Source: a phage. Taken from it: a DNA stretch of 64,000 nt. The position numbers were made by a program, and so were the translations under genes. The stretch lies in NCBI GenBank assembly GCA_029742005.1, contig GCA_029742005.1_4113.1, one strand, 5' to 3'. Below are positions 36,277 to 46,967 of the stretch, in pieces (within the stretch, counting starts at the first letter, position 1; every line of letters starts with the position of its first letter). Below the pieces are notes generated by a model. That model was not told the DNA's origin. It was given only the letters and a program-made list of their open reading frames with translations, and did no database searches.

Positions 36277-36330
36277 CACCCACCGATTTTTTGTGATATA
36301 ATCCCTTTATATTAATTGTAAAGGGTTATA
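36273..36330 (+). promoter_or_regulatory. internal promoter (TTGACA plus extended -10 TGATATAAT) and 5' stem-loop
   Basis: TTGACA, about 18-nt spacer, TGATATAAT; hairpin CCCTTTA..TAAAGGG before the RBS of 36336. Confidence 0.55.
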
Positions 36331-36335
36331 ACACA

Positions 36336-36812
36336 ATGTCCAAAGACCTATCATTTAGCAATGCACAAAAAATAGCAAAAGACATTATCAGGGTTTATAA
36401 ATTCCTTGCGAATGTTACTGAAGATTTTTTAATTGATAAAAATAAAGTTATTAAACGAAATGGATATCTTTCCTTTATGGATGGGTTACTCTATAGCTCA
36501 GATGAATCAACTTGTAGTATTAGAGTGCTTGATGAAGTACCAAGTGGTGATTTTATTTCATACCATTTCCCAAGTTCAGATAATTTCAAATACTACAATC
36601 ATCTTCTTATAAATGAAGCATTTGATACGATTGTAATTAACACTGAAGAAGAGTTCTTCCAGTACAGTACTGTGTATCCAGAGAGGATTGTTTTCAGTTC
36701 AGTGATTTTAACAGCCCTTAAAAATGAACTAAATTCCGATAGTGATCATTTCTACTTGGACCTGAACAATGTCGATTGTATTATTGAGTACCTGGAGAAA
36801 AATGGTTTATGA
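36336..36812 (+). CDS. fam2 protein
   Basis: ORF track; motif EEEFFQYSTVYPE. Confidence 0.65.
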   Translation: MSKDLSFSNAQKIAKDIIRVYKFLANVTEDFLIDKNKVIKRNGYLSFMDGLLYSSDESTCSIRVLDEVPSGDFISYHFPSSDNFKYYNHLLINEAFDTIVINTEEEFFQYSTVYPERIVFSSVILTALKNELNSDSDHFYLDLNNVDCIIEYLEKNGL

Positions 36813-37303
36813 TTACTACAGAATATGATTACGATGGTGTTTTAGAATTTGCAGAAAATATCTATCGCATTGCAAAGGAGTTCAGAAGTCCTAAACCTTT
36901 TGGTGGTATGTTTCAATACGATGAGTTCAGTTCATCTAAAGGAAGACTAGCATTTACTAATGGTAGAGGTAATCAAATCTACGCGGAGTACTTTGATGAT
37001 AATGACTTTCATTACAAAGCAGAATACATTTCATATTGCCCTGGGTCTGATTTGAAGATTAATATTGATACATTTAGAGAAGCAGTACAAGTTCCATATA
37101 ATGATTTAGTATTCATGTCAGAGGAAATGTACTTTCAGAAATCATTGATTAATGATACAAAAGTACTTAATGCTATGTTATTTTATGGTGCACTACTTCA
37201 TCATTACAAATACAAACAACGATTCTTTTTAGATTTAGCAGTATACTATAAATGCGTGGATTATTTGAATGCAAAATACGACAACAATTCAGTACATGAC
37301 TGA
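36809..37303 (+). CDS. fam2 protein
   Basis: ORF track; motif SEEMYFQKSLIND. Confidence 0.6.
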   Translation: MITTEYDYDGVLEFAENIYRIAKEFRSPKPFGGMFQYDEFSSSKGRLAFTNGRGNQIYAEYFDDNDFHYKAEYISYCPGSDLKINIDTFREAVQVPYNDLVFMSEEMYFQKSLINDTKVLNAMLFYGALLHHYKYKQRFFLDLAVYYKCVDYLNAKYDNNSVHD

Positions 37304-37631
37304 TGGTACTGAATACTTTGTTTCAAGATATGTAATCAACCACAACCATTATGTAACCTATATTCCAGAATACAATCAATTTTATATCCAGATTTATCAA
37401 TATAATGGAAAGATAAATGATATATATTCAGAAATAAAAATCCCTGATTATAGTACTTTATCAGAAGAGGAATTATTTCAGGAGAGCACTATAAGTACTG
37501 AAGATGTGTACGAAATAATGGAATACCAGAAGGTACTTAAACATTTTCATGAAGCAAATGATATACAAATCGATATTGTTAAACCGTGGTGTTACAATAC
37601 ATATGAGGTAAATTATGTTAGAAATGATTAA
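37269..37631 (+). CDS. fam2 protein
   Basis: ORF track (start uncertain; alternative ATG 37296); motif SEEELFQESTIS. Confidence 0.55.
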   Translation: MQNTTTIQYMTDGTEYFVSRYVINHNHYVTYIPEYNQFYIQIYQYNGKINDIYSEIKIPDYSTLSEEELFQESTISTEDVYEIMEYQKVLKHFHEANDIQIDIVKPWCYNTYEVNYVRND

Positions 37632-38028
37632 AATTATGCAACGTTGTGTTGTTGACCAACACGGGATATATGGATATCGTTTAAGTGCTCCTATTGACAA
37701 AAATAAAACAACCTATGTAAGCTATAATGCTGTACAAGGATTTGATATATTCATTAGTACTAATTATCAAATCAAACAAGCTAAAGATGTGTCTATAATG
37801 ACCCCTGATGAGTTATTTCAGTACAGCTTAGTCTTTCCTACATGTATCGATTTACAACGTCTAGGAGCGATACAGAAGGTTTTACGCGAACATAAAGTAC
37901 AACCCAATAAAGTCACACACATTCCAGAAACAATCTTCAAAACCATAGAAGTAGAAACTCCTGATTATATGTTAAGTGATGATGAGTACTACGAGAAACG
38001 CTTCCCTGGTAAAGTTTGGAGAGACTAA
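37615..38028 (+). CDS. fam2 protein
   Basis: ORF track; motif PDELFQYSLVFP. Confidence 0.6.
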   Translation: MLEMIKIMQRCVVDQHGIYGYRLSAPIDKNKTTYVSYNAVQGFDIFISTNYQIKQAKDVSIMTPDELFQYSLVFPTCIDLQRLGAIQKVLREHKVQPNKVTHIPETIFKTIEVETPDYMLSDDEYYEKRFPGKVWRD

Positions 38029-38519
38029 TGAACCGAAAGTACAGAGAAACTATGAAGTTCGCTAAGGAGTGTTTAGAAGTGTTTGAGTTCATCAATGCTC
38101 ATAAAGATTTACTCCATAGATACATTGCAATCAGTGAGACAGATGACCATAGGTACATATGTTCTCGAATTCAAGATAAGATATATAAGATTGTGTTCTC
38201 GGAAACATACACAGATACATCTAATTCACTATATGATTTTGCACGTACTGATTACGTTTCATACAAATCTTGGTCTGATAGTATTAAAATTGTGCACAAG
38301 CAAAATACATTTTATTCTTTTCTTACGGACATTTCCGAAGAAAGTTACTTTCAAAACAGTTTAATTTATACAGAAAAAGAACTCAAAATGTTATATATTA
38401 TGTCGTACTTTAAAAAGTACTGCAAATTTAATACATTATCTTTTGAGATTTCTGCAATGAAAGTATTCATTAAAAATGTAAAAGAATTAAAGAGGGCTTT
38501 TAATGTACATAGAAAATGA
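38028..38519 (+). CDS. fam2 protein
   Basis: track frame 38016..38519 (TTG); start moved to ATG 38028 behind RBS GGAGAG; motif EESYFQNSLIYT. Confidence 0.6.
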   Translation: MNRKYRETMKFAKECLEVFEFINAHKDLLHRYIAISETDDHRYICSRIQDKIYKIVFSETYTDTSNSLYDFARTDYVSYKSWSDSIKIVHKQNTFYSFLTDISEESYFQNSLIYTEKELKMLYIMSYFKKYCKFNTLSFEISAMKVFIKNVKELKRAFNVHRK

Positions 38520-39045
38520 GAATGTAAAATGCATTACTGACATTTGTATAAAATTAATGAAAATTTTCATTAACCCAAAATACAAAAAACGTTCATTACA
38601 TCATAATATTGATGAGCATTGTACCATTAATATACTAGGTAGTATTCTTGATGTAAAATATGATGGTAAACTGTTATTCGGTATAAGAGAAGAGAAAATA
38701 GATGATGCATTCTTTTCCTGTAAAGATAAATTTGAACCTTCTGATTATAAAGTAATTATTCGTGATGATAGCATCTACATTAGTAGTGATTATTCAAATT
38801 ACTTCGATAAAATATACACTGAAAACGTTGACTACCATTATGAAATGATAGATTTACCAGTAACAGACATTGATATGGAGAGAATCAAATTTTCATTATC
38901 AGATAATGAGTACTTAGGTATACAAACATATTATTCACTACAAGGAAAGATTCCACCTGCTATGTATATAAGGATTGAGATTGGTAATGTATTCAATGAT
39001 AAGGTTATATCAATTGCTGATAAAATATTGAGGGTTGAATTATGA
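38503..39045 (+). CDS. hypothetical protein (possible divergent fam2)
   Basis: ORF track; RBS AGAGGG; motif not clear. Confidence 0.5.
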   Translation: MYIENENVKCITDICIKLMKIFINPKYKKRSLHHNIDEHCTINILGSILDVKYDGKLLFGIREEKIDDAFFSCKDKFEPSDYKVIIRDDSIYISSDYSNYFDKIYTENVDYHYEMIDLPVTDIDMERIKFSLSDNEYLGIQTYYSLQGKIPPAMYIRIEIGNVFNDKVISIADKILRVEL

Positions 39046-39605
39046 ATATCAATGATTACCAATTTCATAGGCTTGAATTTCGTCATTGTGTTGCATTTGC
39101 AAAAACATTGATGTGCATCATTGACACTCTTTCATCCAAACAATTTCGTAAGGATAATGATTTATTTCTGAAAAAAGGTCGTGTAACATCAACCGATATC
39201 GGTATTGAACTATTTGTTGATATCAGTGTTGATACCGGAGACAGTACAAGGGTTGGTTGTATAGGTCATATTGGTACACATTGCTTCACATGGAATCCAA
39301 ATACAAGTCAAGTGCGAATTGATTATAGAAATTCACGTTGGGTTGATCTTAGTACTGAATCAGATTTAGAATCAGCTATGTTCCAGCTAAGTTTAATTCA
39401 CAATCCTAATGAACTTCTTTACATTATTACTTTCAGTTATCTGTTACAAAACTACGATAATCCATCAGGGTTTTTCATAGAATCGGATATAGAAGAAATT
39501 ATGGCAGTGTTTCCTAGTTTAAAGGATATTCTGGAAGAAAAAGATTTCTATGAAGACTTCAGAGATTTATACGACATGCACTTGGAGTTATTTAAGAATG
39601 GATAA
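39042..39605 (+). CDS. fam2 protein
   Basis: ORF track; motif LESAMFQLSLIHN. Confidence 0.6.
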   Translation: MNINDYQFHRLEFRHCVAFAKTLMCIIDTLSSKQFRKDNDLFLKKGRVTSTDIGIELFVDISVDTGDSTRVGCIGHIGTHCFTWNPNTSQVRIDYRNSRWVDLSTESDLESAMFQLSLIHNPNELLYIITFSYLLQNYDNPSGFFIESDIEEIMAVFPSLKDILEEKDFYEDFRDLYDMHLELFKNG

Positions 39606-40113
39606 AGATGATATTCTAATTAGACTAATTAATAGTTTAATAAAGTTCTCAAATAATGATGTCGATACATACAAAGTAGGGGATATTGAATTTAAATCAT
39701 TTGGTATGTACGGTGATAAAACATATTATGCGTCAATGAAATTTCAAGATTTTCACGAGATGTTAATATCGTTATCATATGAAGATGTTGATCCAAGATG
39801 GAGTTCCAGTATTTCACTATCGAGAATGGTAATTCGTAGTAAGCATCGTTATATTTCGTCAAAGAATACTCCTAACTTGATTAATATTGTGTTGAATGAA
39901 AATACAAATCCCCTATCTAAACATGATATCGTACCGTTAACCGATGAAGTTCTTTTTCAATTGAGTACCATTTGTGATGAAGATGTGATATCATGTATGA
40001 AAATTTATGAGAAGGTTGGGAGTGATATTCCCATGAACTATTACCTAACTATAGATGGAACGTACCTTCGAGATGAGGTTCTAGCGTACATTGACAGTGT
40101 TTTACCCAAATAA
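39598..40113 (+). CDS. fam2 protein
   Basis: track frame 39550..40113; start moved to ATG 39598; motif DEVLFQLSTICD. Confidence 0.55.
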   Translation: MDKDDILIRLINSLIKFSNNDVDTYKVGDIEFKSFGMYGDKTYYASMKFQDFHEMLISLSYEDVDPRWSSSISLSRMVIRSKHRYISSKNTPNLINIVLNENTNPLSKHDIVPLTDEVLFQLSTICDEDVISCMKIYEKVGSDIPMNYYLTIDGTYLRDEVLAYIDSVLPK

Positions 40114-40140
40114 AGACCCGTATGGGTCTTTTTGTGTTTA
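40114..40140 (+). terminator. rho-independent terminator
   Basis: AGACCCGTATGGGTCT hairpin then T-run. Confidence 0.7.
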
Positions 40141-40145
40141 TGGCT

Positions 40146-40175
40146 TTACAAGAGCATTCAGGTGTGTTATACTTG
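40146..40175 (+). promoter_or_regulatory. sigma70-like promoter
   Basis: TTTACA, 17-nt spacer, TATACT with upstream TG. Confidence 0.5.
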
Positions 40176-40200
40176 ATTTTAAATAGAGTTGGAGGAATCT

Positions 40201-40767
40201 ATGAGTACTGAATTAATTAAAGAAGTCACATTACTTCTGAAGCATTGTTTTAAGTTCATTCCTGATACTGGTTCCCGCCAGTACATTAAAGTTAATGAGA
40301 AATATAACATCAATATCCTTGTATCTGAAACTGCGAGCAGTTATGCTAACATTGAGTTGGATTCTGAAGAAAAATATACAGTATTACAAATCATAGCAGA
40401 TGTACAACGTAAACAAGATTATCGTTCTTCATTTTACAACGATCATCTGTGTGTTTGCTCAAACTTCAGTGAGAATAAAATTGTGTATAAGAATTTATAC
40501 ACACATGAAGTGATTGATACATATAATTATAAAATTTCATCTGATGAATACAATGTTCTAATGTTCAACGCAAACCTTTTGTATGATGCCAGTACTGTAC
40601 GCTGTTTAGAGTTAGCATATAAAATTCCAAAGATCATGGAAAGAAAAGATTTGATTCACTTTAAAACTATTTTAAAATACAGTACAAAAGAATTAGAGGA
40701 TTTAGTACAGGCTCTTAAGAATTTCATTAATGAACATGTACCTGTTAAATTCGAGGATGCACAATGA
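40201..40767 (+). CDS. hypothetical protein (possible divergent fam2)
   Basis: track frame 40189..40767; start moved to ATG 40201 behind RBS GGAGG. Confidence 0.6.
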   Translation: MSTELIKEVTLLLKHCFKFIPDTGSRQYIKVNEKYNINILVSETASSYANIELDSEEKYTVLQIIADVQRKQDYRSSFYNDHLCVCSNFSENKIVYKNLYTHEVIDTYNYKISSDEYNVLMFNANLLYDASTVRCLELAYKIPKIMERKDLIHFKTILKYSTKELEDLVQALKNFINEHVPVKFEDAQ

Positions 40768-41348
40768 ACCATATCAGAACTAAAATTTTGAGACTCATGC
40801 ATGACATTGCAGAACTTTCAGAGATTCATGACATTACGGAAATTGTTGAATTTGATAATTATCGACTGAAAATTGAAAACAAATCCAAACATCGTTTTGG
40901 TTCAGTTCAGTTGGATGTATATAAAACTTATGAATTTTCTAAAAAAATTAAAAGTTCATGGGATACGATTACTATGTACATTCGCACATCCAGAAATCGT
41001 GAACGTATTGGTTCTATTTCTTATAATATGGTATTTGCGAATGCATTACATGAAAAAATGAATAAAATTGTAGAATCTAATTTCAGTGAAGATGATGGTT
41101 TTATTGGTTTGGAAGTTCCACCAGAATTAGACCAAAGTGAAGATATTCGAGATGCATTCATTTTCCAGAAATCATTGTTGGACAATTACAAAGAATTCGA
41201 GTACTTAATGCTTTGTTACGATACTGCAAAAGTTCTTGATTGTGGTGAACTAGTTATGTACAATGATTTTATCAATTGCAAGACTGATGTTCTGAATACA
41301 CTACTTCAAAATATAGAATCTGTTAAGGAAAAATATGAACGCTTATAG
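40764..41348 (+). CDS. fam2 protein
   Basis: ORF track; RBS GAGGA; motif RDAFIFQKSLLDN. Confidence 0.6.
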   Translation: MNHIRTKILRLMHDIAELSEIHDITEIVEFDNYRLKIENKSKHRFGSVQLDVYKTYEFSKKIKSSWDTITMYIRTSRNRERIGSISYNMVFANALHEKMNKIVESNFSEDDGFIGLEVPPELDQSEDIRDAFIFQKSLLDNYKEFEYLMLCYDTAKVLDCGELVMYNDFINCKTDVLNTLLQNIESVKEKYERL

Positions 41349-41913
41349 TTATATGACAGAACGCCATCAGTTATTATATGATATCAGTAAAAAAATGCTA
41401 TCAATTGTTGGTAGTGCGAAAGAAATTGAAAAACAATATCTCATCCGTGATGTAGCAATTTCATCTAAATGTTGGTCAAATGAATATTACGACCACGGTA
41501 TTCTTACTATTTCTGGGGCCAGAAATATTTGTATTGTAAAAAATAAAAGTAAAAGTAATGAAGAGTGTGAGATTAGAACCGATATACAAATTAAGGATGA
41601 TGGAAGTTTTTCACATCACCCATTCCATATTAGTACTGTTGGTGTTTTATATAATATTAAAGTTCTATTCGGTGATGAAGAGTATGTGTTAAAAGCTATC
41701 AATCCAGATTCAAGTACAGTTGAAGAAGAACTGTTCCAGATGAGCACTGTTATACCTGAAGAGGTTCTTAGTACTGTTATTTTTTGTAGTTTAATTTATC
41801 ATGAATACAAAAAGAACCAGTTCGATTTCCACATGTTAGGAACGTACATCTTCAATAATTTGAATGTAGATCGTTTAAAAGCATTAAATTCAGCAATGGA
41901 TAAGGTGCTATAA
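41335..41913 (+). CDS. fam2 protein
   Basis: ORF track; RBS AAGGAA; motif EEELFQMSTVIPE. Confidence 0.6.
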   Translation: MNAYSYMTERHQLLYDISKKMLSIVGSAKEIEKQYLIRDVAISSKCWSNEYYDHGILTISGARNICIVKNKSKSNEECEIRTDIQIKDDGSFSHHPFHISTVGVLYNIKVLFGDEEYVLKAINPDSSTVEEELFQMSTVIPEEVLSTVIFCSLIYHEYKKNQFDFHMLGTYIFNNLNVDRLKALNSAMDKVL

Positions 41914-42341
41914 TGACAAGAGATGATTGTTTGTACATATGGGATATAATTGAAACTACACTTTCAAATCCAGAAAATTATAAAACACAAAAAAGACAAC
42001 GACACAAAACATGGATAGATTTGTTCGTTGAGGACATACACGCAGTGACTATTTGGGATTCACCGAGGACATCAGCATCTACTCTGTTGGACAATGAATG
42101 CATTGATTGTATTAATTCCACTTTTCATCTCCACGGTACTACAATTTTTGGTACATTTCTGGATATTGAAAGTAAAGATGATATTGATTCACTTGCGTTA
42201 CAATACCAAGTACTGTATAATACTAAATTAATTTACGATTTAGTACTAGCTTCTTATGTGTATAAATTAATGATGAAATATAATCATATTTCTGTTTCAG
42301 TTTATACTAAGGATATTCTTTCATTAAGAGACAAAACATGA
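41913..42341 (+). CDS. hypothetical protein (possible divergent fam2)
   Basis: ORF track; TAATG overlap; LQYQVLY variant. Confidence 0.5.
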   Translation: MTRDDCLYIWDIIETTLSNPENYKTQKRQRHKTWIDLFVEDIHAVTIWDSPRTSASTLLDNECIDCINSTFHLHGTTIFGTFLDIESKDDIDSLALQYQVLYNTKLIYDLVLASYVYKLMMKYNHISVSVYTKDILSLRDKT

Positions 42342-42847
42342 GTTTATTAAATGCACGCGAATTGGTTGAGATGTATGAGATTTTGTCTTCATATAAAAAT
42401 TCTCATGGAGATGTGATTCTCGACAAAAAGTTCCATGTCAGTGTTGAAAATATATCAAATATAGATATGATTTCTTTGGTGGAAAGTAATAAGTCAGGTC
42501 TTGAACGCGATATCATGCGTTTGATTTATATTCCCAAACCATCATATACTAATGATAGTTCAATTAGTAATGAGACATTCATGTATAGTCCTGGTACGGA
42601 TTCTACTATAGTATCGCTGTCCAATAAATCAATGGGTACTTTCCAATTCATCTATACCAGTACTGATAACATTGAAGAAATTGAATTTCAAAACAATACA
42701 TTAAGTCCATGTAGTAGTGTTATAACCTTTATGTCATATCTATGGTCAACTAAAACAAGTGCTGTTGTATATAGTTCAAATTATACACAAGATAGTATTG
42801 TTGAATCATATAAAGTTCTAAAGGAATACTATGAAAATAACAAATGA
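42338..42847 (+). CDS. fam2-like protein
   Basis: ORF track; motif EEIEFQNNTLSP. Confidence 0.55.
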   Translation: MSLLNARELVEMYEILSSYKNSHGDVILDKKFHVSVENISNIDMISLVESNKSGLERDIMRLIYIPKPSYTNDSSISNETFMYSPGTDSTIVSLSNKSMGTFQFIYTSTDNIEEIEFQNNTLSPCSSVITFMSYLWSTKTSAVVYSSNYTQDSIVESYKVLKEYYENNK

Positions 42848-43412
42848 TTTTATTAAAAGTGTAGTACACCCTATGCTTAGTATTATGAAAAAAATACAGA
42901 ATCTACCGGAAGATAACGATTACAAGTTTAATCGTTTTGATTCAGATGTGTTTTGTATTGAAATTGAAATTAATAACAATCGCAATTTACATTTAAAATT
43001 CAAAGAATCGTCAAGTCCGTACTACAACTTTGATATGAATTTTAAAATAGATACTGACATTGAAGAAAACGTAATATCAAATCATACTAGCAAAAATGGT
43101 TTTATGCATAGAACTACTATGTACAATAATAAAAATAGTATTATATCTAAATGGAATCATCAATTCACTAAAATTTGTGAAATTGAATATAGTGATTTTG
43201 GTGAAGAGAATTACTTTCAGTTAAGTACAATTCATGAACTTCCACCGTATGATTATGTTAAAACATGGTTTGATATTCATAATATAATTGATGATGCAAT
43301 CAAACTTCCATTTGGTGTGTCAATATCATATACTGCTCCTAAAACATTTGTTTTTACTGAAGATATGATTATGAAAAAGATATGGGCAATTATCCCACTT
43401 ATGATGGATTAA
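42831..43412 (+). CDS. fam2 protein
   Basis: ORF track; RBS AAGGAA; motif EENYFQLSTIHE. Confidence 0.6.
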   Translation: MKITNDFIKSVVHPMLSIMKKIQNLPEDNDYKFNRFDSDVFCIEIEINNNRNLHLKFKESSSPYYNFDMNFKIDTDIEENVISNHTSKNGFMHRTTMYNNKNSIISKWNHQFTKICEIEYSDFGEENYFQLSTIHELPPYDYVKTWFDIHNIIDDAIKLPFGVSISYTAPKTFVFTEDMIMKKIWAIIPLMMD

Positions 43413-43417
43413 ATTCG

Positions 43418-43445
43418 TACCAGGGGTTGACTCTGGTATTTTTGT
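43418..43445 (+). terminator. rho-independent terminator
   Basis: TACCAG..CTGGTA stem (loop GGGTTGACT) then T5. Confidence 0.65.
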
Positions 43446-43473
43446 ATGATACATTGTCCTAAAGGAGAATTTT

Positions 43474-44025
43474 ATGAACTACAATCATGATCTTTTTACA
43501 TTATGTGCATCCAAATGTGTTGATGGATGGACAGATAAAATCAATACCATAATTCATCGATATCTGGTCTTTAGTTCTCGTGCACGAAGTGAGGGGGCTA
43601 TGGATTTCAAATATACACTATCTATTGATGGTGTAACTATCCATGCAGACGAAGAACGTCTGAGCATTAATTTGTATGATTCCTGTGTATTTGCTATTCA
43701 CCAAAAGATGGGGAAAGGATGGGGTTGTAATAACATTAACTCAAAAGCTATCTTTTGGGTTGGTCACCACCAGACAGTACTTGATCCTTCAATCAAATCT
43801 AATCTTTTATCCGATAATATGGTTTATGATTTATTGTACTCCGAAGAACAACATTTTCAGTTAAGTACATTACATGATCTGGCACAGTACGAGGATTGTT
43901 ACAAAACATTAGAACTATGCCATTCCCTTGAACTTAAAGATAAATTGATACAAGTTTACCCTTCATTCTTTCATGAAGAAGTACAAAGTACACTAGATCA
44001 TATTTTATATGGATACGATAAATGA
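43474..44025 (+). CDS. fam2 protein
   Basis: ORF track; RBS AAAGGAG; motif EEQHFQLSTLHD. Confidence 0.65.
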   Translation: MNYNHDLFTLCASKCVDGWTDKINTIIHRYLVFSSRARSEGAMDFKYTLSIDGVTIHADEERLSINLYDSCVFAIHQKMGKGWGCNNINSKAIFWVGHHQTVLDPSIKSNLLSDNMVYDLLYSEEQHFQLSTLHDLAQYEDCYKTLELCHSLELKDKLIQVYPSFFHEEVQSTLDHILYGYDK

Positions 44026-44624
44026 GAAAAAGTTATCAAGAAGCTATTGACTTAATTCGTGAAGTTATCAAGGTGGCTCCTGCTGCTATTGAGTTCAAGA
44101 AGTCCATATACAAGAAGTATGGTTCAATGTCGAGTATGTGCTTTCAAAAGAAACGTAGAGCATTCACTACCCAGTACTGGAATGATTCTATCATCCTGAG
44201 CAATGAGACTCAGCGTATTTTAACACTAGAATCTGAACCTAATGAGTACGGGGAAGGGAACATTTGTGTACCTGATTATGATGAAATTAACTTCAACTGC
44301 GGTGATTTTGAAACAACATTATTACTTCATGAGGGTTATCCAGAAGGTGATGTATTAGCTGAGTACAATCCAAAAACTAAAATTCTCAAAAGAGGAATCC
44401 AGTTCACTATTAATAACAAAGATGATGTTCAAGCAGCACTGATGCAACTGAGTACAAGTGAACCTATCACTATTAGTGTAGAAGAGTTATGGGGAATTAT
44501 TTCAGTACTCAATGAGTGCTATAAAGTAAAATCATTGCGTAAACACAGCATTATATTACATACCAATATGGCAAATATAAAATGTAAGCACATTCAAGAA
44601 ATGGTGGTTCCAGATGGACTTTAA
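44022..44624 (+). CDS. fam2-like protein
   Basis: ORF track; variant motif AALMQLSTSEP. Confidence 0.55.
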   Translation: MRKSYQEAIDLIREVIKVAPAAIEFKKSIYKKYGSMSSMCFQKKRRAFTTQYWNDSIILSNETQRILTLESEPNEYGEGNICVPDYDEINFNCGDFETTLLLHEGYPEGDVLAEYNPKTKILKRGIQFTINNKDDVQAALMQLSTSEPITISVEELWGIISVLNECYKVKSLRKHSIILHTNMANIKCKHIQEMVVPDGL

Positions 44625-45198
44625 AGAAATTGAAAGTAAATTAAAGTACTTCAAAGATATCAAACTTCTTTGGGAAAAGTATAAAGTTGATTACAATTTC
44701 AGTGATGATGACACTGTAAAAACAATTGAGATTAATATCAAAATCAAGTTCAAGAATAATAATTATGGTGAAGTAACCTTAAATCATACTGGTATATCAC
44801 TCAAGGACTATGATGGTTCAACACTCGCATATTTTGACTTCACACCAGAACCAGGTGAAACACTACTTAGTGAGATAAATTCCTATGACATGGAAGTGTT
44901 CGGCGGGAATCCGTTACTGTTCCGACTTTCTGAAGATTGGAGTGAAGAATACTACACTTACAAAGATGGTGTAGTACTTGACATTAATGGTGAAGTTGTG
45001 AATGACTTGGAAGAACGCTTGTTCCAAGAATTGTGTGTTTCAAATACTTCATATGCATACAATCATATCCTTGACATGTTTGATTTATATAGTAAAATAG
45101 ATGCTGAAATGAATGCACATGGTATTCATTATCTTACAATCAACGACTATGCTCAACTTGAAACTGTAGTGAAAGCATTGACTAAAGTACTGAAATAG
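44614..45198 (+). CDS. fam2-like protein
   Basis: ORF track; motif EERLFQELCVSN. Confidence 0.55.
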   Translation: MDFKEIESKLKYFKDIKLLWEKYKVDYNFSDDDTVKTIEINIKIKFKNNNYGEVTLNHTGISLKDYDGSTLAYFDFTPEPGETLLSEINSYDMEVFGGNPLLFRLSEDWSEEYYTYKDGVVLDINGEVVNDLEERLFQELCVSNTSYAYNHILDMFDLYSKIDAEMNAHGIHYLTINDYAQLETVVKALTKVLK

Positions 45199-45207
45199 GA
45201 ATGAAAT

Positions 45208-45621
45208 ATGAAACTGTATCATGCGAGTACTGTAAAAATTGATAACTTTTATATCCCGTATGGTGGTCTTCATATGGGAGGTAAACACAGTGCTTTGGAA
45301 GCTGCATTACGCAAGCTCAGAAGTCCACTGAACGTAGTAGACGCATGTACAGTATACTTGCATACCTTAGAAGTTGATGTTGATAACGTGCTTCTGTGTG
45401 AAGATTTAGGTAGTGATGATGAGTGGCGTTCACTTATTGAGAATTGCACTGCTCAAGGTTATGATGCTGTTCAGTACAAAAATGATTACGAGCCAGACAA
45501 TGTTCCTAGTTTTATGATTTGGGATGCATCTAAAGTTCGCATCATTGAAGTTGATGCTATGCATATGGATGAAGCTGAAATGATTATCGAAGATTTTCTT
45601 GATGAATATGAAGGTGTATAA
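45208..45621 (+). CDS. hypothetical protein (non-family, acidic C-terminus)
   Basis: ORF track; RBS AGGAA; no family motif. Confidence 0.6.
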   Translation: MKLYHASTVKIDNFYIPYGGLHMGGKHSALEAALRKLRSPLNVVDACTVYLHTLEVDVDNVLLCEDLGSDDEWRSLIENCTAQGYDAVQYKNDYEPDNVPSFMIWDASKVRIIEVDAMHMDEAEMIIEDFLDEYEGV

Positions 45622-46139
45622 TGATTGAACCTATGACAGTACTAGCACGTACTAAATTATTATTGAGGATTGGTGAGATATTCACTGATATTTTGTACAG
45701 TGGGATTGATATACTTGAATTAGGCATTAAGCAACCGTGGGAATTAACCAAGTTCTCTGCGTTCCATCGTTTATCCTATAAAGGGGAAACGGTTCTTGAC
45801 TTGAACCCCAAAGCCAGATTCATGGACTATGCAGCTTTATATGGAACATGTGGAGGAATAACAAATGATTTCAAAGAAATTAAAGTTCAAACAGCGTCAC
45901 ATGAATTTAATGATTTATTATATCCAGAATTTAAGTTAACAGAAGAATCATTCTTCCAGTACTCATTGATTTTAAAAGATCTTAATGATTTAGAGTACTA
46001 CAAAGAGTTAGTAGATATTTTTATTAATACACGACTTTCAAAAGATATTGTGATATTCTGGTATACAGAGCATGTTACGGAGGAATTGCTTACTGAATTT
46101 CTTCTAAATATGACAGCTATAAAGGAGAAGTTATGTTAG
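45621..46139 (+). CDS. fam2 protein
   Basis: ORF track; motif EESFFQYSLILKD. Confidence 0.6.
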   Translation: MIEPMTVLARTKLLLRIGEIFTDILYSGIDILELGIKQPWELTKFSAFHRLSYKGETVLDLNPKARFMDYAALYGTCGGITNDFKEIKVQTASHEFNDLLYPEFKLTEESFFQYSLILKDLNDLEYYKELVDIFINTRLSKDIVIFWYTEHVTEELLTEFLLNMTAIKEKLC

Positions 46140-46606
46140 ATATTTTAGGAAACATCGACACTGCAAATTATTTTATTCAAGATGCATTGTTTAATACAGT
46201 ACAACAAGGTTTAGAAGTTCACCACAATGTTTATCAGGGTGATGGATATTTTGTTGATATTATCGAGACACGTAAAAATACATTTAATGTTAACATTACG
46301 ACGCTTGGAAGACAGAACATTGCACGAATTTTAGTAAGTAAAGATGAAATAGTACTGAGATACAGTGCTAAGTTTATGTTGACTTATAAGAAAAAAACTG
46401 ATATGTTCAGTACTAATTTATTTGATGAGCCATTTGACCTTGAAGATATTGAAGCTACTTTCTTTACTCAAAGTACTATGGTAAAATACACTGATGTTCA
46501 ATTTTCTGCTGATGTAATGTCAGAAACATTACAAATGATCAAGGTATTATTTTATGCATTTGAGCAATTTAGAGAAGAAAGAAACAAGGTTAACAACCAC
46601 AGATGA
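46133..46606 (+). CDS. fam2-like protein
   Basis: ORF track; RBS AGGAGAAG; variant motif EATFFTQSTMV. Confidence 0.55.
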   Translation: MLDILGNIDTANYFIQDALFNTVQQGLEVHHNVYQGDGYFVDIIETRKNTFNVNITTLGRQNIARILVSKDEIVLRYSAKFMLTYKKKTDMFSTNLFDEPFDLEDIEATFFTQSTMVKYTDVQFSADVMSETLQMIKVLFYAFEQFREERNKVNNHR

Positions 46607-46967
46607 ACTAATAGAGGCGATCACTAAGGAGTCAAAATACCATAAAGGTATTCGTCTATACTTTATAGATACTGGTTCGATGGAAGGTACATACATTTAT
46701 GGTTCACAATCGTTGTCTTATGATGCAATGCCAAATAAACATGTTAAAATCTTTTTAGGTTCAAGTAATAAAACTTTCTTGACAATTAATGATAGCAGTG
46801 TTATTATGAATTCGTTGGGTCATGATAAGGTGGAAATTGATCTAAACACGCTGGAGGATATTGATTTTTTTCAATACGAGTGTTTAGGTGTTGACTTACA
46901 TGGCATTAGTAGCGATATGATAAAATCATTAATCAAATATTTCGAAGGTGTTCATAAATGTATCTAA
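46554..46967 (+). CDS. fam2-like protein (start uncertain)
   Basis: ORF track; 52-nt overlap with upstream gene; motif EDIDFFQYECLG. Confidence 0.45.
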   Translation: MHLSNLEKKETRLTTTDELIEAITKESKYHKGIRLYFIDTGSMEGTYIYGSQSLSYDAMPNKHVKIFLGSSNKTFLTINDSSVIMNSLGHDKVEIDLNTLEDIDFFQYECLGVDLHGISSDMIKSLIKYFEGVHKCI